DNA from: Phoronis australis
Taxonomy: Eukaryota > Animalia > Phoronida
Reading direction: 5' to 3'
Assembly: GCA_002633005.1 (NCBI GenBank)
Contig: NMRA01000065.1
Location: forward strand, 13,164-51,216
DNA: 38,053 bases
Part shown: piece after piece, positions 12,419 to 23,000 of the stretch
Numbering within the stretch: the first letter of the stretch is position 1
Layout: each line of letters begins with the position of its first letter
Made by a program: the position numbers and the translations under genes
The notes under the pieces: model-generated
Databases searched by the model: none
The model's input: the letters and a program-made list of their open reading frames with translations, nothing else
What the model was told of the DNA's origin: nothing

Positions 12419-13166
12419 TATTGTGCGCCCAATTTGTATTGGGCATTGGCGACGATCAGAACTAGAAGCTGAGAACGTCTGTGGTATAAATCATGTTTTG
12501 TATACTCTTACAGACACTAGCATGGCATGCAAAGTGAACAAATATGAAACTTACCAGAAATCTGAAGTTCACTGTGAAAATCCTTCACTATTCTGTTACA
12601 CACGTTGGTTTCAAACTCTAAACAACTCGAGTGTTCTTCAACGGAAATTTCAAAATGGCGGTTTTTTCATGAAGGTCATCCGGTGGAAAGTTTTCTTTAA
12701 AAAATAAAATTATACTGTAATACAGCTGCTGGTAATTAATTTTTTATGAAAATTGAAAAGTTTTATTGTCACATGTCTGATTTAAAAAAAAAATCAAAAG
12801 TTTTAGCCTTCCTGTGGGCAAGCCTCTAACTGCCCTCTTGTGTTCAAGTCTGTGTTTACCGGTCCAATACCGGCGAGCCGCTAAGGGAAAGTTCACTGGG
12901 TTAGTGTCGTGGGGACGGTACTGGGCCATTCGTGGCCCAGAAACGTAAACCGGTATACGGTACAAGCGTTATCAAGCAACAGAAATCCAGTACTGGGCCA
13001 ATACTGTCATGTTTACTGGGTTGTAGCCGGAGGGCTCATGAGCCAGCGTATAATCCATTTGAATTGGCAATTTTGGCCAACCCTGATCTCGCTGCACTAC
13101 TAATGAGTAAATGAGTCCGACGCTTACGGGTAATCAGTGCGTTCTCGTTAGCTGGAATAGAATCCC

Positions 13167-13383
13167 ATGGACAAAAAGGTCCGCCTCAGTGAAACAAAAA
13201 GACTGGGTAAACGCGACGACAGTCCACAAAATCCAGGGGAAGTCGGCGCGGATGCACAATTCGTGGGCCTGAACCTAGTGGCTCCAAGTTTTTTTAGTCC
13301 TCGTTGATTTCTTTCAGTAAAAGGTCCGCATATCGGAAAATTCGAGCCCCGTCCTCTATATATTTTAGGCTGGGTGCGCGCAT
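13167..13383. repeat. Right arm of ~215-bp inverted repeat pair (partner 11010-11225)
   Basis: GCCTCAGTGAAACAAAAAG...GGCCTGAACCTAGTGG...TCAGTAAAAGGTCCGCATATC...ATTTTAGGCTGGGTGCGCGCAT. Confidence 0.8.
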
Positions 13384-13733
13384 GAATCCTATCGTGGTAA
13401 TTACTATTTTATGAGAGTAATCGACATAATTCGATTTTCCTTTTTACGTCACGGTGGCGAAATGCAGCCCAACGAGCATTCGGGTTTATGGCATTATTTA
13501 CACACGGTACAGTATTTACGGCTCTGACGCTATTATAGTTAATAACAATTAATTTCCGAACATAATTTACGAAAGTAACATTTGTCCACGAAATGCGAGT
13601 CTCGCTGAAGCCACTGACAAGTCAGTCCAGTGACCAGTCATTTATGCCCAAAAGAGTGACGCCTCCAGCTCGGAAATCACAGGCTTCACCAATGACTGAG
13701 AGATATTTGTAGCTCATTGGGCTTCACAATCTA

Positions 13734-13798
13734 CTCGCTGGTTCCCTACGTGCCCAACCAGCTGGCTACCCCCTAGCGGCACACAGGGAACCAGCGAG
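13734..13798. repeat. 65-bp palindromic mini-element just upstream of the PDE12 ATG
   Basis: CTCGCTGGTTCCCT...AGGGAACCAGCGAG (14-bp perfect, ~21-bp imperfect arms), flanked by AATCTA on both sides (13728-13733, 13799-13804). Confidence 0.7.
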
Positions 13799-13849
13799 AA
13801 TCTATTGAAACTCTTCAGTTGCCGGAGGTAAAAGTTGTCATCCACTCCA

Positions 13850-14007
13850 ATGTGGTTGCTGAGATATGATGCAACTTGGCGATATTTAAAGTCTTTGTCT
13901 CTGTTTGCGATTACCAGAAAGTGCTCACAATTCCAGGGCAAAATGTCAAACCTCTATGTCAGGTGTCTGAGTGACAGTGATCGGATGCAGATGAGTTTTA
14001 ATTTTGG
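13850..14007 (+). CDS. PDE12: PDE12 exon 1 (MWLLRYDATWRYLKSLSLFAITRKCSQFQGKMSNLYVRCLSDSDRMQMSFNFG)
   Basis: ATG at 13850 and donor GG|GTAGGT. Basic/hydrophobic leader followed by a segment resembling vertebrate PDE12 (MERAVVRC...LSF). Not in the ORF track. Confidence 0.8.
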
Positions 14008-17000
14008 GTAGGTCATAATGTTGGTTACCCGCTTACGGGTTCAACAGCAGCTTAACGCCAGACAACAACCGTCGTCAGTGTCCGTCATTGAACTGTGGCT
14101 GGTGAACAGCTGAGCTGAATGACTGAATCAGGTTATAAAATGTGGAGAATTAATCTGTATGGGGGCTATGTTGTAGATGTGCTTCCGGTGAATTATATGA
14201 GCCTCTGTTAGCTATTCGCTAACGGGCAATTGCCTATTACTAGCTGAATGGTTAGCACGCTTGCCGGTTTTATAGGGGTCGCTGGTTCGATCCCCGGGCC
14301 GGGTAATCTCGGCTATTACTACAAATGGCGTAGTCGGCAAATGGATGATCTACCGATGAAGCACAGCTGCCAACTAGTACCCACGGATCTTGGGACGGCG
14401 CGCGTGGAAGGTTCCAGGAGTCAAGGACCTGTATGAGAGACTACCTTGTGTTCACCTGTGTTGTGGTGGTAAAGGTACCAAGGGACGTTGATGACCTGTA
14501 TGCGAGACATCCTGGTGTTCACCTTCCTGGTCGCGTGCCTGTTTCGTAGGAAAGGGGGGAATGTTGTANTCCCTGGGTCGGTTAATCTCGGCTATTACTA
14601 CAGCTATTTTGCCTTAGGCTTGAGGATCATGGATTGACAGCTCTCGCGTGTCGAAAAAAATGTTTCATTATTCAACTTCAAGTAAATTTTATTAGAAGTA
14701 CAAGCATATACTGTTATTGTTATATAACAGAAAAAAAATAGTGGGAAGTTTTTAGTTAGTGAAATGACATTTCTCCAAGTATGTTGCTGTGTCGTGAACT
14801 TGTTTGTTTGAGTGATGTAGGTTGCATTCATTGTCTGATCGATATGAAATTCTCGTGTACAATGGGTATATTTCCTCTATAGCTCAAGGCCTTTTACTTT
14901 TGGACAAAATCTGACCAAAGGTGGCACTGTGATGGCCATTTTTCAAAGTTTTGTTTCTGCAGAACTCATCAAGGGCTATAGAAAATGTGTTATCAGAACA
15001 TGCATGTAAAAAATCCACATTGCCTAGAAAGGAGTCAGGGTGGTTTCTGGCATGTTGTCCATGCATGTACAGCAGTTGGCAAAAGGCCAATTGCCCTCTG
15101 GTCAGCATTTCAGAGGGGCACATGCAACAACTAGATTTTTTTTCCACAAAAGTCCTCAGAAGAATAGAGCACTGCCAGGCGTCAGTTCTTAGAATTGTCC
15201 CTCATGTTGGACCCGTCACTGTTCACAACTCCACAATGTGAGCATCTCACATTTAAGTAACATACATGTTTCTCGTTTTCTCATGGTCCCTACCTGGAAA
15301 TTGACTCCAGTTTCGCCACTCAAGGACCTTTACCATTCCACCTAAGAGCAATTGTCTGAAGGTCAAGTGAATTAACACTGTCTAGACAATCTATCTGAAG
15401 TCTTGCTACAGATTCTCCATGCTATTCCTCATTCTAAGAACTTATGGGGGCTGCCTGTAGGTCCCCTTCAGAGCACTTATGGCATTTAAGGTGTAATGGA
15501 ATTTACTATCTGACCAATCCCCTCACCATCCACCATGTGATCCATCCCTGCCATTGTGAGTTGGTTCCACCAATGTTGAAAAAGTCATTGAAAGATTTTG
15601 TTGGTCCAGCAAGATATCGAACCCGTGATCCCCGGCACCAAAGTCACGGATCTTTTAAGAATAGTTTAAACTAGTATACGACTTAAGAGCTGTTGCTTCT
15701 GGTGAGCAGTTCTGTGCTTCTTAAACTTTCATAGGAAGGAAATTTAAGGAATATTTTTACAACCTGAGTCATGTAATGAGATTGCCTACAGTACAGAATA
15801 TGTTTTTGTTTGACAATGAAAACAAACTCTGTCCATCTTTTACAGGTTACCTGGTAAAAAAGAGAAGTCGTTCAATTTAAACAGGCTTAAAAGTGAGGAG
15901 CTTGGTAAGTGTTTGGAGCGAATATCTTTGGGCATTTCCAAATTTCTTGCCAGCAAAAAGAAGAAGAGAAAAGATCAAGACGATGACACTGGGCAGTCAG
16001 AAGTCAACGTGTGTTTATTTGATGGTGACAGTAGGGTGGATGAATGCACTACCAATGTTGAGGCATGGCTAGATGGGTCAAGGTTAAAACTCAATGATTA
16101 TGAATATTCCGTTCTGGTAAATGTTCCAACTGTTACTTCACTTACTTTACCGCAGAATATCATGGCTGGCTTTCCTGTCTTTCCCAAGTATGACTTGGAA
16201 TTTGCTGAAGTGGAGGAGTGCGTTTTCACATGGAGCAAATCTAGAAGCATAGACTGTAGTAGTGTTGGTGGCTCTACAGTGGAACGGAAGTCAGAGTTTG
16301 ATCGAAATTCACTCGAATCAGCAGACGGATGTAGTGAATTTAAAGAGGCTGGATGTGGACTATATTACACGCCCTCTGTGGACGATATAGGTTGCCAAAT
16401 CAAATTGTCATGCGAGCCAGTGCAGGGAAGGAGGCGTGGTGAGATTATGACTGCAGTGTCAACTCAAGTGGTGGATGCGGGCCCGGGGCTGTGTCCATTT
16501 GAAGATCGACACAGTTATACTATGAAAAGTACGATGGAAGGATGGTGAGATATTGACATGTTCTTTATTGCGTCACTCATGCCTGCTTCACTTTACAACT
16601 AGAGTGCATCCTCCAAAAACTATTCTCATTGAAGCTGCTCGACTTCAGTTTTCAAATACGATTTTAGAAATGAAGCAATGAGTCAAAAGAGTTCAAAATA
16701 CAAATTATGAACTGTGCATTTAACTGCGGTCTTTTAAAGTTACATTATATGCTGTTTACAAATAACCAAAAACTTTTTCTTTCCTTTTTTGGCTTGAAAG
16801 CTCTGTTGATAATAGAAAGTCCATGTTTGATAATTTTAGTCATAGGTAATGATTTTCAGTAAATAGTATCATTTGTTAGCATTTGCAATTCTAACATTTC
16901 ATGACACTTAAAACTTCACATGTGACTAAGTATAGACAAACATAGATTCACATCGAATATATTGTTTAGTATTCTTATTATAATATCTTAAGTTTCTAGA

Positions 17001-20000
17001 TGCAAAGTTGCTTGGTTGTTTTTTCTAGCAGCTGCCACTTTGACCAAAATAGGATGTTTTTATTTATTGATTATAAACTTTCTTGTGTGTGCTTTCAGTC
17101 TGCGTATGGTATCTTACAATGTACTAGCAGATTACTACGCTGACTCGGACTTCTCTAGAGAGCACCTCTTCCCGCAGTGTCCACCCTATGCATTGAATAT
17201 TGACTACAGGAAGCAGCTCTTTCTAAAAGAAATTCTAGGTATTGCCATTCTAACGTATGACCCGATGAATATTAGGGCAATGGTCTGATATAACGTGCCT
17301 GCATTTTGAGAACCAGTTCATGCCCATTATTCAGTGGAGAAAACTGGTTCTCAAAATGCGGGCATGTTTTATCAGATTATTTCGGATATTGATTTTGATT
17401 TATACACTCGGCTTTTACAAAGAAGTTTTGTAAAATTTTCTCATCAGAATGGAGAAATTGTAGTTGACAATTTATTGATGGCTTTGAAGAATCATTGCAT
17501 ACTAAAACTCATGTAAGTTGCTTAAGTGGGAATTTAGCTTAACTCGGAAACAGTTGTTCTAGTTTTTGCACTCAGCCATTAAGATAAGACGAATTTTGTC
17601 ATACTCGGACAAACCCTCACGATCTGATTGGATACGTCTAAATGCAAGTTTGATTGTATTAATTTTGTTTTAAATGTTCAATTTTTATATTGGTCTGGAT
17701 ATGTTTATTGTTGAGTAAGAGGGATGCTTGGCTAATGTCAATGTTTATTCATATTTTTGTGATTTATTTAAATGTCAATGTTTATTCATATTTTTGTGAT
17801 TTATTTAACATTTGCAAACCTTTTTTGCAAGACATATAATTTATTAGTTGAATACTTTTATCAGGGAACGCTCAAAATATGTCACTTAAGAGTTCTAGAT
17901 ATAAACGCTGTGTTACTAAGTGGACGGTACTTTGCACAATAGTTGTTCACTACAGTTTCTCGGTCTTCACAGGTTACAATGCTGACCTCATCTGTCTGCA
18001 GGAGATGGACAAGCGGGTGTTTCACAGTGACCTATCCCCTGCCCTCCATCTACTGGGCTACAAGTCTCTTCTCAAACAGAAGGCAGGCCAGGTGCCAGAG
18101 GGATGTGCAATGTTTTTCAGGGAATCCAAGCTAAAGTGAGTTTCCAGCTGCAGGTGAATGTTTTGTCTTTGCTCTTACTTGACTGCATAACTGTGAATTT
18201 AATCTGAGAACTGGGACCCGAATCAGCCTTGAAATGTAAACAGTCACACTGCGTGATTTGAGTACACAATGTTTTAAGCTGGGCTTGAAATTTTCCTGTT
18301 TTATGAGGATTTCCTCTTTTTTGGTTTCATTGTTCTCTTGTTCGATTTCCAGTTTCCCCTCTTCATCTCTTGTTTATCATTATTTTACTTTTATTCAATG
18401 TAAAAATGATTATTTCAGTTAAATTTTACAACACAATATATATATATTTCTATCTCAAGCCTCTTTTGTGGAAGGATACATCATCTGGAAATTTTTCCGA
18501 TCTCTTTTTTTGTCAGTGGTCATTCCAAGCCCTTTTCAAGTTATTGGGAGCGTGAAGTGCAATTTGTCAAATTTCTAGTCGAAATTGGAATGCGGATATT
18601 AAACTGCAGTTGTGGGGTGTGTTTCATGAAAAGTGAGTTAGGACTTGGATCACTTGAGCAAAAGTCAAAAGTCTCTGAGAATGCACACGCACTTGCTTAG
18701 TATTCACATAATTTCTATGAGTTGTTTCTGGACTATGATATGCTCTTAATTACTTATTTAACTAAACCTTTGTTTAGCAGTTGTGAATTTAGAGCGTAAG
18801 ATCAAATTTCTGTCTTAAGTCTTGGCTCACTTTTCATGAAACAGACACAACCTCACGAGTCTGAGCAATGTTCCAAGTTCTGGCAATTTCAAATTTTGTC
18901 ATTTTGATAGGCAATTGAAGTACTTTGAATTACTGAAGATTTTGGTGTCACACACCTGCAAACGCTTGAGCAGAATCTCTTACAATTACACTTGCCTGTT
19001 CTCCTCAACCCCTTTGGGCTCAGGGCAGTAACAAGTGTGTTGCCCTAATGGGTTTGACTTGCTTGCATTGAGTTTAGAAACTCGATATGAACAAATTTCA
19101 AATTTTTGGAGTGTGGTCATTTCTTAAGGAAATTGGGACATTTTGATCTTCCGTCACTCATTCAGGACACTTATTCCTATACTTATCATATTAACCATCA
19201 TAATGGGGTTGACAAATGGTGCTTGTAAGTGGGTAACCTAATTTCCGTCGGGTGTGAATGTCCTGTTAGGAGTATCAATTTGAAAATTGTGTACTTATGT
19301 CCTGTCTAATAAATCTTGTTTAGAGTCTGATTCCAGCCATTACAACACCCAAGTCTATGATGCACTAGTTGGATGTTGTGGTATTAGATTGTAACTAAGA
19401 CTGGGGAACTTAGCGACTAAGTCTTTATTTCCAGGTTAGTTGCTCAACATGATGTAGATTTCTCAGATTCCCTGGGGAATGATGAAGCGTATGAGGACCT
19501 GTTGGAAGCTGTGAGTCGCAGCGAACCCCTCAAGACCAACATACTGGCTAAGAGTACCACATTACAGGTATTTGTATAGTCGAGAGTGTTGTTCAGTGCC
19601 ATGTTTTACACAATGGCTAGTGTCGACTGTTTTCGTTTAAATTTGCAATCTTTGCTTTGAATAAAGGATGTTGACACTTGTAGTTTTCTATTGGTTACAC
19701 TGTGGTCATGGGACGATGTTATTTTTGTCTTGATAAACTGCTTCATTCTGATTAAAATGTTGGTCCATTACTGTCCTACTGATATCACAATTCTTAGTAT
19801 AAATTTAATTGATCATAAAAAAGAAATTTTCATGTTTCACTGTTGGTAGGAATAGTACTTTGACTCATTTACGCAGCCCTGAAAATTTGCACAGGCACTG
19901 TCAAGTTGATCCAGAACAAGTTGTGTTTGCACGATGTCTCACTTCAGAACAGCTTGTGTAATGTAAAATCACTTTTCAATTTTTCCTCCTTCGTCGTTAT

Positions 20001-23000
20001 GAGAATTACTATGTACTGCATAATTATTTGAATTCACATGCCTTTATCCTGAATAATGTGTTTTTTAAGAATCTTTTGTACTCAAGGGTTCACAGAATTG
20101 TGTGCGCCTAAGTTTTCAGAAGAATTACCTTTCATGTTCACTCATCAGGTGGCAGTACTAGACTATGTTGAGAGACCAGGGAAGAAGTTGGTTGCCATGA
20201 ACACCCACTTCTACTTCCATCCGAAGTCTGCACACATACGACTCATTCACTCTGCAATGGCAATGAGACACATGGAATACGTGTGTGAACTGTATAAAGA
20301 TGCAACGGTAATGTGCTTTGTGTGATACTTTTCTGAAGGAAGCAAAATGAATAAACTTTGCACAGAATGGTCTTGGAAGGAACTTAAGCCTAGTCCACAT
20401 TTCAGGACAATTGTTGGAACTAGGCAAATTTTGCTATTCTTTTAGCAAAGATCATGAAGTGACAATTACCACCGAATGTTTCAATAATGACATGTTTTGG
20501 CAAAGCCATCCTCAACTGACTTCGTTTATTGATCGACATTGGTGGACGTATCCTCTAAAACATGTCACTGTTGAAACGCTGTTGTCATTATTCAAACATT
20601 TTTGGTTTTGCGATTGAAATTTTTCTCCCATAAAGTCAATTTTCAGGGATATGAGCTTCAAATTTACATTTTTATTAGCAACCAAGAAATCTCGCTTGTT
20701 TGAAAGTCGCGGGCACAAGCCCCAGTTTCTAAGACTATGTTAAACTTTGTTGTTGGAATTTTAGAAGTTTTTCTACAGTTATGTCTTTTGAATAGATTGC
20801 GTTAAAAGTTGCACTTCTTGATCAGCTGCTTTGTATATTAATTGACTTCGATGGTCCATTTGTCCTTACAAATCAATCTCATTTGATTAAAGGATAATGA
20901 GATTGGATTTCATTGTTCAAAATCATTGATTGATGTTTGAGTTTCAGTTTGTTTAAACCAGTGTGTGATGCTGGTTCAAAAGTAAACATCAAGTATTATC
21001 GCCTGCAACGTTTTATTATAGATCGTATTCTGCAAATTCTTAATCTGTCATTTAAAACTGAACGGTTTGTAAAAACATCCAGTGGAATTTTCTACCCCGC
21101 AGATAATTTTCTTTGAAACAAGTTCCTCACAACTTAACACAGCCTTGAAATGTGAGGAAAATTAGTTTTGTAATATTGTGCTTTGTTTTGTCCTGACTGT
21201 TCAGTGACTGAATATTTTTCGTAAGTTAATGTTTGGTTACTCATTGATTCCAGGGTGAACCTCCTGCTGTGGTCTTCTGCGGTGACTTCAACAGCACTCC
21301 AGAAACAGGCTTTTATACATTCATTACAGATAATCGCCTGATGGCTGATCACCCTGACTGGTGGGCAGGTTTGTATGATTTTTTTGGCAGCATGTTGTGA
21401 ACTATTTTAAGTTTGCAAATATTAGAATAAGTGAGAGGAGGCACTGTGGCGTAGTAGAATAAGCAGGACTTGGAATTTTCCGCGGAAACGCGGATTTCCG
21501 CTTTTTTGAAATGTTCTGTCCGCGCATTTTATTATATTTCCGCGTAAAAAAAATCGGATTTGATATAAAATTTCCGCAGTAAATTCCTTTCTTACCGCGG
21601 CGTTGCCGACGACGTTCACCTCGAAAAGCGGAAGTTTCTCTTTATGTTTCGGAGGAACGTAAATTGTCAACATTACCGGGGCATCTGGGATAGCGTGGTG
21701 GCATTTTCAATGGCGTCTCGTGTGATTGTAAACCGCGGTGACAAATACTACGGCTCTGCAGTCAAAAATGTGTGGGGGTGGGAGTGGAGGATTGGATGGA
21801 TGAGATAAAAAGACGCAGTCGCACGCCACTGATGGTGGTAACGTTTTTTTTTTTTTAGTCCTACCGAATTTTATCGGCGAAAGGTTCACAAGGCCGGGTA
21901 GCGCGCATGTTTTGGGCCGTAAAAGTTTCCGCGTTTTTTGTCTTTGGTCATTTCAAGCCCTGAATAAGTGTCCACTTCCTTCACTCAAGGTCGCCAAATG
22001 GAAACTCAGCATGCCAAAACAAGGAAACCTACGTGGATTTGCAAAGTCTTGTCCCCTGTATATGACTAACTAATAGTTGGCAAGAGCCAAAAATGAAATA
22101 AACGAGATACCTGAAGTGAAAACCTGGTGAATTGGCAAATGTCCAGCAGACTAAGAGAGCCTAACAGGAGTGTATTGCATGCTCAGTAACGACCAATCTC
22201 CCCCTTGCCTTGTGTCTGTTTCCTTCCTGCAGTAATGAATGGATGCTCGGATGTGTGCTTGGCGACATCGTGGCGACCTGGGATTTTTACCTGCAGGCCG
22301 CCAAATTAAGCCCTGCAGACCGAGTTTAAAAAGTATATTTTATAAAGCCATTTTCAACGGTACACTGCAAATTTTCTGTATTTGTATCAGAGATTTTATT
22401 GAGCGTCGGCCATTGACTGGGTCTGATTTATGTTCAAAATGTATGTTTGATTTCACTTTAGGCCAGAAATTTGTCTGACTCATTTCCGGGAATGGTGTAG
22501 ACAGAATCCATGTTCATGTTTGTGGCAAACTTGACAATTCAATGTAAAGAACTAACTCTGTTGGAAGTTTTTTTGTTTTCTCTGTCGATCAATTTAGGCC
22601 AACGTTACGGCGTTTTCCCGTTGAGACCAACTTGTTCGATTGTATAGCCCAACCAGCAGTTGGGAAGATGACTGCCATATCCAATACCTTACACGACTGA
22701 TTAACCCCATTCTGGTGTTTATGGTTGAAGGGCCAGCTCTCTTTTGTTCGATAATTGCTCTAATCTCCGATAATCTCTCGCTAGCCTGACTGGGCTGTGC
22801 TGTTAATAATAAAAGTTATAAGTTATAACATATTTGAACATAAACCAATAGCATTTCTGAATTCCTCGTCAAATGCTGATGATGTTTAGTTTTTGAATTA
22901 CCAAAATTGCCCAACTACAACTGAAGTTATGACACTCTATTATTTCCGAAGATACCAATTCACACTGGGTTTGACTGTGTTCAGATGTGGTCGGTAATAA

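Noticed and set aside
13593-13712. 39-codon ATG ORF upstream of PDE12
   Set aside because: Short, without homology cues, and probably upstream of the TSS; cannot be supported as a uORF.
14234-14303. Functional tRNA gene
   Set aside because: A and B boxes are present but the acceptor and T stems pair poorly and there is no oligo-T terminator after it; it lies inside an LTR.
15560-15690. Minus-strand B-box-like GGTTCGATATC (possible SINE)
   Set aside because: No convincing A box, tail or TSD.
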